Shown piece by piece: positions 8,205 through 18,326 of a stretch of 47,808 nt of DNA. Numbering within the stretch: position 1 is the stretch's first letter; each line of letters starts with the position of its first letter. The DNA is from Candidatus Kapaibacterium sp. (GTDB lineage: Bacteria; Patescibacteriota; Patescibacteriia; UBA9934). Below the pieces are notes generated by a model that saw only the letters and a program-made list of their open reading frames with translations, was not told the DNA's origin and ran no database searches. Where the stretch lies: the NCBI GenBank assembly GCA_044350705.1, contig JBILHA010000001.1, positions 1-47,808 on the forward strand. Direction: 5' to 3'. The position numbers and the translations under genes are program-made.

Positions 8205-8666
8205 ATGGATCACGAACGGTATTTTTATGAGGCGGTAGAGGAGGCAAAAAAGGCGACGTGCGCTCGACGTCTTTGCGGGAGTATCGTGGTCGCAGTGTCG
8301 GGAGAAGTTATTGGACGAGGGTGGAATGGGCCTCCGGCGAGAGATGAGCTTCAACGACGATGTGACCGGAAAGGTGAGTTACACACCGATTTTAAAAGTG
8401 ATAAGACTTGTTGTATTCATGCAGAGTGGCGAGCTATTTTTGATGCCCTTCGTCACCATCCGGCAAAGATAGAAGGAGCGGCACTCTATTTTGCGGCAGT
8501 TGATGAGGAGGGAGAGCATGTGTTTGCGGGTGCGCCGTATTGCACTATTTGTTCCAAAATGGCGCTCGATGTTGGGCTTCGGTGGTTCGGACTGTGGCAC
8601 GAAACGGGCATTCGCATGTACGACACTCGGGAATATAACGACCTTTCTTTTGCGTGGAAGCCGTGA
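8205..8666 (+). CDS. Cytidine/deoxycytidylate deaminase-family zinc enzyme (dCMP deaminase-like).
   Basis: Motifs CIHAEWRAI (H-A-E) and APYCTICSKM (PCxxC); 153 aa. Confidence 0.7.
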   Translation: MDHERYFYEAVEEAKKATCARRLCGSIVVAVSGEVIGRGWNGPPARDELQRRCDRKGELHTDFKSDKTCCIHAEWRAIFDALRHHPAKIEGAALYFAAVDEEGEHVFAGAPYCTICSKMALDVGLRWFGLWHETGIRMYDTREYNDLSFAWKP

Positions 8667-8684
8667 TATCGTTGCGGTATTTCT

Positions 8685-9488
8685 ATGCCTTATCCTCGAA
8701 AGAATACTCCTCGTTCCCAATCCTCTCGTCGTGACGAGAAGACTAGTTGGGAGCCTGTTGCCAAGTGGTACGGCAAGCATTTAAAAGATGAAGATACCTA
8801 TCAGACGACGATTGTTTTTCCGAAAACACTTTCTCTTTTGGCTCCAAAGAAGGGAAGGGTTTATTTGGATATTGCGTGTGGAGAAGGTTCTTTTGCCAAA
8901 GAGGTAGCGAAGAAGGGTGCGGATATTTTTGGTATCGATATTTCCTCGACGCTTATTCGCCAAGCACAGGAAAAGCGTATTCATGGTGCGACATTTCGTG
9001 TTGCGAATGCGAAAGATTTTGCGCGCTACTATCCTGAGAAAAGTTTTGATGGAGCGACGTGTATTTTGGCGATTCAAAATATTGATGACATGGTTGCAGT
9101 ATTTCGTGATGCTGCGAAGGTGCTGCGACCCGGATCTTCTTTTGTTCTTGTGATCAATCATCCTGTTCTTCGCACCCCTCGTCAAACGTCTTGGGGTTAT
9201 GACGAAGGAAAAAAGATGCAGTACCGTCGCGTTGATGGCTATATGATTCAGCATGAGATTCCTATCTTGGCTCATCCAGGAAAGGGGGAGAGAAGTGAAC
9301 GGACATTTTCCTATCATCGTCCCATGCAAGATTACGTGACCGCTTTAGTATCTGCGGGTTTTGTGATTGATGGGCTTGAAGAATGGACTTCGGACCGCCG
9401 CAGCGAATCAGGTGAACGAGCACGTACAGAAAATCGTTCTCGTAACGAAATTCCTTTGTTTATGGCGATTCGGTCTAAGCTTTTATAA
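8685..9488 (+). CDS. Class I SAM-dependent methyltransferase.
   Basis: Motif I VYLDIACGEGSF, followed by ADIFGIDIS and the post-I/II pattern; 267 aa. Confidence 0.75.
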   Translation: MPYPRKNTPRSQSSRRDEKTSWEPVAKWYGKHLKDEDTYQTTIVFPKTLSLLAPKKGRVYLDIACGEGSFAKEVAKKGADIFGIDISSTLIRQAQEKRIHGATFRVANAKDFARYYPEKSFDGATCILAIQNIDDMVAVFRDAAKVLRPGSSFVLVINHPVLRTPRQTSWGYDEGKKMQYRRVDGYMIQHEIPILAHPGKGERSERTFSYHRPMQDYVTALVSAGFVIDGLEEWTSDRRSESGERARTENRSRNEIPLFMAIRSKLL

Positions 9489-9494
9489 AATTTT

Positions 9495-10139
9495 ATGTCG
9501 ATCGAATCTCGAGAAGTCGGACCGAAAAAAATACTGACTACTTCTCAAATGTTTGAAACATGGATACGTCAAGAAGGAAACCGCTATGAAAATCTTTTGA
9601 CTGAAAGAGGCTTTTTACGTGAGGAAGAGAGGGGAAATGATCAAGCGATTTATGAAGCTTCCTGTGAATGGCGTAAAACTTATATTGCTGATTTAGGACT
9701 TGAAAACAAGGAGTGGCAAATGGAAACAGTTGAGCAGCCAGGCATGAGGGCGAAAACATGGTTTCTGGGAGGATGGGCGGGATGGAAGGGGTATCGTCCT
9801 GATGGTGCGCGTTTTACTACCTTTGAAGATGTGGTGCGAGGAATTATTCATCATAAATCTGGAATTCCTCCGCATCATCTTGAAGGTATTCCAAGTCTTG
9901 CGGCAAAAGCGAATGATCTTTCTTCTGGGGCAGCTTACTTTCTTCTTTCTTGTGGAGGGGATATAGCGGTTCTTGAAGGCACGAATCGTCTTGCAGCACT
10001 TGTGTATGCCGCTCAGATGAATATGTTTACTCCATCTCGATTGAATAACGTGTACCGATGTGATCTTCCTCTTGAAAAACAGCAGCTTTTTTATCGTTTT
10101 TGTGAAGATCGACCGGTAATAAAGGGAAAATACGCATAA
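9495..10139 (+). CDS. Hypothetical protein (214 aa).
   Basis: Clean ATG ORF tightly packed between neighbouring genes. I recognise no motif. Confidence 0.5.
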   Translation: MSIESREVGPKKILTTSQMFETWIRQEGNRYENLLTERGFLREEERGNDQAIYEASCEWRKTYIADLGLENKEWQMETVEQPGMRAKTWFLGGWAGWKGYRPDGARFTTFEDVVRGIIHHKSGIPPHHLEGIPSLAAKANDLSSGAAYFLLSCGGDIAVLEGTNRLAALVYAAQMNMFTPSRLNNVYRCDLPLEKQQLFYRFCEDRPVIKGKYA

Positions 10140-10163
10140 TCTCTTATTTTGCCCTACCATGTA

Positions 10164-10192
10164 TTGACAAATATTTTATCTTCACGTAGAGT
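10164..10192 (+). promoter_or_regulatory. Candidate sigma70-type promoter for rpsP.
   Basis: TTGACA (10164-10169), N17, TAGAGT (10187-10192), 21 nt before the ATG. Confidence 0.4.
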
Positions 10193-10213
10193 AGTCGCAA
10201 AAATAACCCCTTT

Positions 10214-10531
10214 ATGATCGTATTTCGTCTCTCCCGTACCGGAAAAAAGAAGCAACCTTACTTCCGTATCGTTGTTCAAGATAAGCAGCGTGATCCATGG
10301 TCTCCTGCAATTGAAATTGTAGGAAACTTGAATCCTCGCCTTGAAAAGCAAGATGCTGTTCTCAATAAAGAGCGCATTGCATACTGGCTTTCCAAGGGTG
10401 CGCAGCCATCTCCTACGGTTCACAATCTTTTTGTTGATCTTGGGATTATGCAGGGTGAGAAGGTGAAGCATACGCGCATCACTGCCAAGCGTGCGAAGAA
10501 AATTGCTGAAAAAGCTTCAAAGGCGGAGTAA
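10214..10531 (+). CDS. rpsP: 30S ribosomal protein S16.
   Basis: MIVFRLSRTGKKKQPYFRIVV...ERIAYWLSKGAQPSPTV, typical S16 sequence. Confidence 0.95.
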   Translation: MIVFRLSRTGKKKQPYFRIVVQDKQRDPWSPAIEIVGNLNPRLEKQDAVLNKERIAYWLSKGAQPSPTVHNLFVDLGIMQGEKVKHTRITAKRAKKIAEKASKAE

Positions 10532-10544
10532 TTCCTCTCTTGCA

Positions 10545-10578
10545 AAAGTCCCCCACATGGGGGACTTTGCGTTTTCTT
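10545..10578 (+). terminator. Hairpin plus T-run after rpsP.
   Basis: AAAGTCCCCC-acat-GGGGGACTTT, followed by GCGTTTTCTT. Confidence 0.6.
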
Positions 10579-10658
10579 CCTGATTTGTATACTAGGGACT
10601 GATGCGACCGGAGGTGAATGGCGGCACCGGACGCACTTACTTACCGCCAACCTACTGT

Positions 10659-10997
10659 ATGGAATTTGATCAGGAGTTTGTTGAGTACATTGTAAAGAAT
10701 CTCGTAAACAAGCCCGAAGAGGTTCGCACCGAACGCAAGGTCGATGATCAGGGCATTCTCATTACTGTGCATACTGCACAGGATGATATCGGGTACGTTA
10801 TTGGTAAGGCTGGGAAGACCGCAATTGCTATTCGTACGCTTCTTGCAACGCTTGGAGCGAAGCATAATATGCGTATTAGTTTCCGTATTGATGCGCCGGA
10901 TACAGGCAAGCGTCGCGGAGAAGAAATAGGTGCCGCACCTGTTGTTGCTCCTTCCGTGGGTGGAGATGATCTCGCGGTTGATAGTCTCACGTTCTAG
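10659..10997 (+). CDS. KH-domain RNA-binding protein (YlqC/UPF0109-like) with a C-terminal extension.
   Basis: MEFDQEFVEYIVKNLVNKPEEV...GYVIGKAGKTAIAIRTLL (GxxG KH loop). It occupies the usual position between rpsP and trmD. I chose the ATG at 10659 rather than the upstream alternative start at 10602. Confidence 0.8.
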   Translation: MEFDQEFVEYIVKNLVNKPEEVRTERKVDDQGILITVHTAQDDIGYVIGKAGKTAIAIRTLLATLGAKHNMRISFRIDAPDTGKRRGEEIGAAPVVAPSVGGDDLAVDSLTF

Positions 10998-11009
10998 TTT
11001 TCCCTTAGG

Positions 11010-11045
11010 AAGTCCGTGTTACCATAAGGTAACGCGGACTTTTTT
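11010..11045 (+). terminator. Strong hairpin plus T5 ending immediately before the trmD ATG.
   Basis: AAGTCCGTGTTACC-ataa-GGTAACGCGGACTT (14 positions, one G-U), then TTTTT, then the ATG at 11046. Confidence 0.6.
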
Positions 11046-11774
11046 ATGCTTCATATTGATATTCTCACTATTTTTCCGGAAGTTGTTACCCCATACGCTC
11101 ATGCGGCAATGCTTGGGCGTGCGCAGAAAAATAAACTTATACAGATTCGTGCGCATCAATTGCGTGATTATTCGGCTGATAAAAAACATCACAAGGTTGA
11201 CGACACTCCATATGGGGGAGGCCCGGGCATGATCATGACTGTACAGCCTTTTGACGCCGCACTTCGGAAGATACGTTTGCGTAAGAAGCTTTTTTCACGA
11301 GTCGTGCCAAAAACCCACGTTGTGCTCACTGCAGCATATGGGAAGCCTTTTACACAGGCAGATGCTGCGCGATTGGCGCTGTATGATCAAGTTCTTTTTT
11401 TGTGTGGACGATATGAAGGCATTGATCATCGTGTAGAAGAAGCGTTTGTTGATGAGGTGTTTTCCATTGGCCCTTATGTGCTTACTGGCGGAGAGTTGCC
11501 TGCTCTTGTTATGACGGATGCAATCGCGCGAAATATTCCTGGCGTTTTGGGAAATCAAGAAACACTCGCCGAAGAGTCACATGCATCATCGGGATGGCTT
11601 GAATACCCGCAATATACCAAGCCAGAGCGCTATATCGTTGAGCCTTTCCCTGGAGAAAAAAAGCGAACTTCAGAGGAATTACGCGTGCCTGCTGAATTGC
11701 TCTCGGGAAACCATAAAAAAATTGCTACTTGGCGTTCTGCACAGGCGTTCAAGCGGTCTTCCCGAGAAGAATAA
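11046..11774 (+). CDS. trmD: tRNA (guanine37-N1)-methyltransferase.
   Basis: MLHIDILTIFPE...VDDTPYGGGPGMIM...CGRYEGIDHRV, typical TrmD sequence. Confidence 0.95.
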   Translation: MLHIDILTIFPEVVTPYAHAAMLGRAQKNKLIQIRAHQLRDYSADKKHHKVDDTPYGGGPGMIMTVQPFDAALRKIRLRKKLFSRVVPKTHVVLTAAYGKPFTQADAARLALYDQVLFLCGRYEGIDHRVEEAFVDEVFSIGPYVLTGGELPALVMTDAIARNIPGVLGNQETLAEESHASSGWLEYPQYTKPERYIVEPFPGEKKRTSEELRVPAELLSGNHKKIATWRSAQAFKRSSREE

Positions 11775-11816
11775 AGTTATCCCCAGAAATAGGGAAAAAA
11801 ACTCTCGTGAAAAGAC

Positions 11817-11845
11817 TTGACAGGTTTTTCAGGGTCTTATACACT
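11817..11845 (+). promoter_or_regulatory. Candidate 16S rRNA promoter.
   Basis: TTGACA (11817-11822), N17, TACACT (11840-11845), about 150 nt upstream of the 16S 5' end. Confidence 0.5.
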
Positions 11846-11910
11846 GCCGCTCGTCGCTGAAGGGAATTTCTAGCGACTCGACCCTTCACAATTTCATATC
11901 CTAACAACGA

Positions 11911-11946
11911 TGCAATCACATAAACAATTGTGTGATTACAGCGTCC
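11911..11946 (+). other. 5' strand of the 16S processing (RNase III-type) stem.
   Basis: TGCAATCACATAAACAATTGTGTGATTACAGCGTCC is complementary to the trailer at 13580-13610. The 15 nt GTGATTACAGCGTCC pair perfectly and flanking near-matches extend the stem. Confidence 0.7.
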
Positions 11947-11997
11947 CCAATCGCATCGAAAGATGCACTATAACAGAGTCTTTCTTCGGAAAGATTT

Positions 11998-13494
<1,497 letters not shown>

Positions 13495-13579
13495 CAAAGG
13501 AATTTGTCGACTTTATATGTTCTTCGGAGTATATAGAGACTAAAAATCCTCTTTGGGACCTATGGGTTACCATTGAGGT

Positions 13580-13610
13580 GGACGCTGTAATCACAGAGTT
13601 GTTTATTGCA
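13580..13610 (+). other. 3' strand of the 16S processing stem.
   Basis: GGACGCTGTAATCACAGAGTTGTTTATTGCA pairs with 11911-11946. Confidence 0.7.
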
Positions 13611-13622
13611 AAAGTTGTTAAC

Positions 13623-13656
13623 AAAAAGAGCATTTATTGCTCTTTTTTGTTTTCTG
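13623..13656 (+). terminator. Intrinsic terminator after the 16S trailer.
   Basis: AAGAGCA-tttat-TGCTCTT, followed by TTTTGTTTT. Confidence 0.65.
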
Positions 13657-13705
13657 TTGAAAAGTGTGTTGCTGTTTTGCTTTGATCTTAGTAGTACAGG
13701 TGCAT

Positions 13706-14722
13706 ATGTTTTTCCGTTTCCTTTTTCTTTTCCCTCTGCTTGCATTTCTTTCTTTTTCTTTTCCCTTGTTTGGCTATGCTGCATTGAGTGGAAATCTTGT
13801 TTCTTGGGAGGGATGGAGAAGCAGGGGAGATGTCGAGATCAGAGAGGAGGAGGGGATGATTATTTTTGATAGCGAGTCGGGGGGCTCCCATTCTGTATTC
13901 CAAGATATTCCCGTTTCTGGGTATGCGGGAAAGTATCTTGTTATTGCGGCCTTTTCTTGGATTGAGGAAGATGCAGGGTATCGTTCTCCTGCTGCATCTC
14001 AAATTTACGGGTCTCTTTATAATGCCCAAGGGATTCACATAGGCATGATTTCTCCTCAGTCTCTTCGGCATAGATTAGTTAAGGGAGGTGAATGGGATGT
14101 CCTTTATGCCACCGTAGCAATTCCTGCTTCCGCGCAGACCCTTAGACTCTTTTTAGAAAGAGAGGGAGGATATCTTGAGGACCGGTTCGGAAGACGAGCG
14201 GCGATGTACGATATTGCGGTACGCGGAGTGAATTCCCTTGCTGAGGGGAGGGCTTATATTCATGATGCTTATTGGGATAGGCTTTCTTTAGGGGATCCAA
14301 GAGGGGAAGAGGGGTATATCAAGGGTCATGAGGTTTTATGTTCCGAAGGGCGACAAGATACACGTATTTCCGCTGGAGTCTCTTCTGAGGTCTATGCAGG
14401 CCGCCAGGAGGGCTTGTGGACCCTTTGGGTGGCAAATGAGGATGCGTGGCTATGGGATAGATGGGGAAAGCAGCAAGAGTTTTTTCAGAGTTCTCGTGCT
14501 CGGGGGGTGGGAAGCCTTTGTATGAAGTCGGGAGATCGTATTCGTATTAATGGTGTTTTTTCTTCGGATTCTTACCTTGTCTTTTCCTCTGAGGGAAGTC
14601 CCGCTGATGTTATTACGGATATTCGTATCGCCGGGGAACGGTACGAGATTGGAGCTCAAGAGGTTTGTACCTGGGATAGTAATGGAATGGGGGGATACGA
14701 TATTCTTTGCGAAGTGCCTTGA
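13706..14722 (+). CDS. Hypothetical secreted protein (338 aa) with an N-terminal signal peptide.
   Basis: MFFRFLFLFPLLAFLSFSFPLFGYAA is signal-like. I chose the ATG at 13706. A candidate promoter (TTGCTG, N17, TAGTAC) ends 8 nt before it. Confidence 0.6.
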   Translation: MFFRFLFLFPLLAFLSFSFPLFGYAALSGNLVSWEGWRSRGDVEIREEEGMIIFDSESGGSHSVFQDIPVSGYAGKYLVIAAFSWIEEDAGYRSPAASQIYGSLYNAQGIHIGMISPQSLRHRLVKGGEWDVLYATVAIPASAQTLRLFLEREGGYLEDRFGRRAAMYDIAVRGVNSLAEGRAYIHDAYWDRLSLGDPRGEEGYIKGHEVLCSEGRQDTRISAGVSSEVYAGRQEGLWTLWVANEDAWLWDRWGKQQEFFQSSRARGVGSLCMKSGDRIRINGVFSSDSYLVFSSEGSPADVITDIRIAGERYEIGAQEVCTWDSNGMGGYDILCEVP

Positions 14723-14727
14723 AAAAT

Positions 14728-14757
14728 AAAAAAATCTCCTTTTACAAGGAGATTTTT
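14728..14757. terminator. Bidirectional hairpin between the secreted-protein gene (+) and tRNA-Phe (-).
   Basis: AAAATCTCCTT-ttac-AAGGAGATTTT with flanking A and T runs. Confidence 0.7.
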
Positions 14758-14832
14758 TGGTGCCGAGAGCCAGGATCGAACTGGCGACACGAGGTTCTTC
14801 AGACCTCTGCTCTACCACTGAGCTACCTCGGC
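14758..14832 (-). tRNA. tRNA-Phe (GAA), CCA encoded.
   Basis: The reverse complement is GCCGAGGTAGCTCAGTGGTAGAGCAGAGGTCTGAAGAACCTCGTGTCGCCAGTTCGATCCTGGCTCTCGGCACCA, with anticodon loop CT-GAA-GA. Confidence 0.95.
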
Positions 14833-14985
14833 TTACAAATTTGCTACCCAAGTTTGCAAACTGCTGTGTTGAAAGAACTGGGCTCGGCCTCAACGTACAT
14901 TTTGGGTACGTATCGGCCTGCGCCGTTCTTTCTCCTTGCATTTTGCAAACTTAGTAGCAAATTTTCACTCATCGCTGGAAATCAC

Positions 14986-15062
14986 TGGTGGGCGTGCCTG
15001 GACTCGAACCAGGGACCTCAGTCTTATCAGGACTGCGCTCTAACCACCTGAGCTACACGCCC
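14986..15062 (-). tRNA. tRNA-Ile (GAU), CCA encoded.
   Basis: The reverse complement is GGGCGTGTAGCTCAGGTGGTTAGAGCGCAGTCCTGATAAGACTGAGGTCCCTGGTTCGAGTCCAGGCACGCCCACCA, with anticodon loop CT-GAT-AA. Confidence 0.95.
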
Positions 15063-15149
15063 AAAATTGGGCCTGCTTATGGTAATACGGATGAGGGGGA
15101 GCGTCAAGAAATGCAAAGGGTATCTTTTTTGGGAAAATACGCAGCGAAA

Positions 15150-15183
15150 CAAAAAAGAATTAGGGAAAATCCTAATTCTTTTT
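15150..15183 (-). terminator. Hairpin with A and T runs at the 3' side of tRNA-Pro.
   Basis: AAAAAGAATTAGG-gaaaat-CCTAATTCTTTTT. Confidence 0.6.
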
Positions 15184-15261
15184 TGGTCGGGACGACAGGG
15201 CTCGAACCTGCGACCTCGTGGTCCCAAACCACGCGCTCTAAGCCTACTGAGCTACATCCCG
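15184..15261 (-). tRNA. tRNA-Pro (UGG), CCA encoded.
   Basis: The reverse complement is CGGGATGTAGCTCAGTAGGCTTAGAGCGCGTGGTTTGGGACCACGAGGTCGCAGGTTCGAGCCCTGTCGTCCCGACCA, with anticodon loop TT-TGG-GA. Confidence 0.93.
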
Positions 15262-15318
15262 ATAATTATCACCGAACGGGGGAAATGATACTGTATACCT
15301 AAAAAATGAGCAAATGGT

Positions 15319-15954
15319 ATGACGGAGTCTCTTTTATTGCATACTCCTGAGCGATCTCGAGGAGGCAGTATCGCTGGGATTGATGAGGTGGGAAGAGGGT
15401 GTGTAGCTGGACCCGTGGTTGCGGCGTGTGTGGTTTTTTCGTGGGATAGCTTTTCTGAACTCGAGGCCTTGGATCGCCGAGTGCGTATTCGGGATAGCAA
15501 GCTCATGACACGTGCTCAGCGTACGCTTGGCGCAGAACTTATTCGGGAGCATGCCCTTTTTGTAGGGGTAGGGTTAGTGGAGGCTGATGTTATTGATGAA
15601 ATCAATATTCTTCAGGCTACGTTTGAAGCCATGAGGCTGGCACAGAAGGCGGCAGGGTGTCCTCCGGATACGTTTTATTTTATTGATGGCAATAAGACGG
15701 TCCCTGAGGTTTCATGGAGGCAAAAGGCTGTTGTGGATGGAGATGCGCAGATTTTTTCTATTGCTGCTGCTTCTATTATCGCAAAGGAATATCGTGATTC
15801 GCTTATGGAGCGTCTTCACGAGCAATACCCCTCCTATTTCTTTGCCAAGCACAAGGGCTATGGAACGAAAGAGCATTATGCGGCCATTCAGGCCCACGGC
15901 ATTCTTCCTGTCCATCGAAAGACTTTTTTGAAGCGGTTTTTGACGGAGGTATAG
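15319..15954 (+). CDS. rnhB: Ribonuclease HII.
   Basis: GIDEVGRGCVAGPVV, IRDSKLM, FIDGNK, AAASIIAKEYRD and KGYGT motifs. Confidence 0.93.
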   Translation: MTESLLLHTPERSRGGSIAGIDEVGRGCVAGPVVAACVVFSWDSFSELEALDRRVRIRDSKLMTRAQRTLGAELIREHALFVGVGLVEADVIDEINILQATFEAMRLAQKAAGCPPDTFYFIDGNKTVPEVSWRQKAVVDGDAQIFSIAAASIIAKEYRDSLMERLHEQYPSYFFAKHKGYGTKEHYAAIQAHGILPVHRKTFLKRFLTEV

Positions 15955-15980
15955 CATGGCATGTGTTACACTGTTCTTGT

Positions 15981-16316
15981 ATGCGCACAGAATACGGAAA
16001 ACTTGTCCGGGACAAGATTCCGGACCTCATCCGCACTCATGGGGCTGTTCCGGTTGTTCGCGTTCTTACCGATGATGAGTTTGTGGGAGAGCTCAAAAAG
16101 CGTCTCATTGAAGAGGCGTGGGAAGCGCACTATGCCGATGGCATGGCGCTTGTTGAAGAATGCGCGGATATCTTTGAGGTTATGGCTTGGATGATGCGGG
16201 CTCGAGGTATTGACCCTAATGAAGTATTTGCCATGGCTGAGGCTCGTCGGCATGAGCGGGGAGGATTTGCGGAAAAGACGTATTTGGTGGCTGTAGAAGA
16301 GAATGTTGCGGTATAA
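15981..16316 (+). CDS. MazG-like / phosphoribosyl-ATP pyrophosphohydrolase-like nucleotide pyrophosphohydrolase.
   Basis: MRTEYGKLVRDKIPDLI...LIEEAWEA...EECADIFEV, an all-alpha NTP-PPase signature. An alternative GTG start lies at 15963. Confidence 0.65.
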   Translation: MRTEYGKLVRDKIPDLIRTHGAVPVVRVLTDDEFVGELKKRLIEEAWEAHYADGMALVEECADIFEVMAWMMRARGIDPNEVFAMAEARRHERGGFAEKTYLVAVEENVAV

Positions 16317-16380
16317 GACTGGTCTTTTATGGCCAGTTTTTAACATGGTCATTTTGTAAGAAATTGAGTAGTATCTGGGC

Positions 16381-17772
16381 ATGTCGTTTCAGGATATTCT
16401 TGATGCTCAGACTCTCCACGCGCCTCGGTATATTGCGGCGCAGGGTTTGACGCGTTCCCTCGTTGAGGAAATTTCTTCTGTAAAACGAGAGCCTCAGTGG
16501 ATGCGTGAAAAACGGTTGCAGGCATTTTCTTTTTTTATGCAAGCTACCCTTCCTGATTGGGGCCCTTCGCTTGCAGGGCTTGATTTGAATAGTATCCGGT
16601 ATTTTGTTCGTCCCGATGCGCAAGAAGAGCTTTCTTGGGAAAAGGTACCGGATGAGATTCGCGATACGTTTGAAAAGTTGGGCATTCCTGAGGCGGAACG
16701 AGCAGGACTTGGGGGTGTTGGCGCCCAATACGATTCTGAAATGGTGTATCACCGGCTCCGCGAGGAACTTTCCGCACAAGGGGTTATTTTTGAGAATATG
16801 GATGTTGCGGTGCAGAAATATCCTGATCTTGTGCAAACGTATTTCATGAGTCGATGTGTTCCCGTTCATGACCATCCTTTTGCCATGCTTCATGCGGCGG
16901 TTTGGAGTGGAGGTACTTTTATTTACGTTCCCCCTGGAGTGAAAGTAGATATTCCACTCTCAGCTTATTTCCGCATGAACGCAGCACGAGGAGGTCAATT
17001 TGAGCATACGCTGATCATCGCCGCGGAAGGAAGCGAGGTGCATTACATTGAAGGATGCTCTGCCCCTAAATATGACGATGCGGCACTTCATGCCGGATGT
17101 GTGGAAATTTTTGTGGAAAAGGGTGCGAAAGTGCAGTATTCCAGCATTGAGAATTGGAGTAAAAATACGTACAACCTCAATACTAAGCGCGCCTTGGTTG
17201 ATGAAGAGGGAGAAATTATTTGGTTAAATGGCAATATGGGAAGTGCGGTTACCATGCTCTACCCGATGAGTGTTTTGCGGGGCGATCGATCGCGTAGCAG
17301 GTATGAGGGATTTTCTTTTGCGGGTCCTGGGCAGATACAGGATACGGGTCATAAGGTTGCGTTGGTTGGAAGGCAGACATCTGCTGTTGTTTGCGCGAAG
17401 AGTATTGCTATCGGCGGAGGGGTTTCTACGTATCGGGGCTTGGCGAAGATTGCGAAAGCTGCACAAGGCGCTTCTGTTCATGTGACTTGCGATGGCCTTA
17501 TGCTGGATAATGCCTCTCGCACCCATGCTATTCCGGTCATCACTTCTGAGCAGCAACGTGCAGAGATTATGCATGAGGCGCGGGTGGGAAAAGTTGATGA
17601 GCGTGCTCTGGCGTATTTGGCTGCACGAGGCATGTCGTCCGAAGATGCGCTGCATACGATGATTTCAGGTTTTGTTGATCCCCTCGTAAAAAAGCTTCCT
17701 TTGGAATATGCGGTTGAGCTTATGAAGCTCATTGAACTTGAAATGAAGCAGGCTTCTCTGCGAAAGGTATGA
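16381..17772 (+). CDS. sufB: Fe-S cluster assembly protein SufB.
   Basis: FEHTLIIAAEGSEVHYIEGCSAP, NWSKNTYNLNTKRA and DTGHKV, typical SufB; 463 aa. Confidence 0.93.
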   Translation: MSFQDILDAQTLHAPRYIAAQGLTRSLVEEISSVKREPQWMREKRLQAFSFFMQATLPDWGPSLAGLDLNSIRYFVRPDAQEELSWEKVPDEIRDTFEKLGIPEAERAGLGGVGAQYDSEMVYHRLREELSAQGVIFENMDVAVQKYPDLVQTYFMSRCVPVHDHPFAMLHAAVWSGGTFIYVPPGVKVDIPLSAYFRMNAARGGQFEHTLIIAAEGSEVHYIEGCSAPKYDDAALHAGCVEIFVEKGAKVQYSSIENWSKNTYNLNTKRALVDEEGEIIWLNGNMGSAVTMLYPMSVLRGDRSRSRYEGFSFAGPGQIQDTGHKVALVGRQTSAVVCAKSIAIGGGVSTYRGLAKIAKAAQGASVHVTCDGLMLDNASRTHAIPVITSEQQRAEIMHEARVGKVDERALAYLAARGMSSEDALHTMISGFVDPLVKKLPLEYAVELMKLIELEMKQASLRKV

Positions 17773-18326
17773 CGAAAATTCTTTCTCCACTTTCGCGGGA
17801 TGACATTCGAGAGGAAATTCTTGTTCTGCACTCTCAAGAGATTGAGCATCGTTTAGTTATTCCTGAGGGGGAGCAGCAAACGTTTACTTACCACTATCGT
17901 GTACACGAAAAGGCAACAAGATTTCGTTTACGTATGATGCTCGTAGTAGAGCAGAACGCTTCTCTTTCTTTAGATGTTTCATCGTTTTTAGCCGCGGAGC
18001 AGACCCAGAGTGATATTCGAATATTTCTTGTGCTCAAAGAAGGGAGTAAAGCTGTGGTACGGCAATTCACGCATGCTTCTCATGCAACGAGCGTGGTACA
18101 TGAGGAAATTCGAGGATTGGCTCTGGGGAATTACCGGCAAGCATCTTTTCTTCCCGAGCTTTCTCTTCTCCATGAAGAAGTTGTTGCAACGCATGCGGCG
18201 AGCATTGTGCGCATTTCTGAAAAACAGCTTCGATATTTTCTTTCTCGAGGTCTTTCTCCTGCGGCTGCTGAGCATTGTTTGGTGGAGGCTTTTCTGACCT
18301 CTACGTCATATGGAAATTTATCTTGA
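17769..18326 (+). CDS. sufD: SufD-like Fe-S assembly protein, truncated form (185 aa).
   Basis: It overlaps the sufB stop (ATGA). The C-terminus ATHAASIVRISEKQLRYFLSRGLSPAAAEHCLVEAFL matches the SufB/D C-terminal helix region. Confidence 0.7.
   Translation: MTKILSPLSRDDIREEILVLHSQEIEHRLVIPEGEQQTFTYHYRVHEKATRFRLRMMLVVEQNASLSLDVSSFLAAEQTQSDIRIFLVLKEGSKAVVRQFTHASHATSVVHEEIRGLALGNYRQASFLPELSLLHEEVVATHAASIVRISEKQLRYFLSRGLSPAAAEHCLVEAFLTSTSYGNLS

Noticed and set aside
14450-15302. ORFs at 14450..14941 (-), 14707..15051, 14757..14954, 14988..15302 and 15027..15227.
   Set aside because: They are built from tRNA-Phe, tRNA-Ile and tRNA-Pro sequence and the spacers between them.
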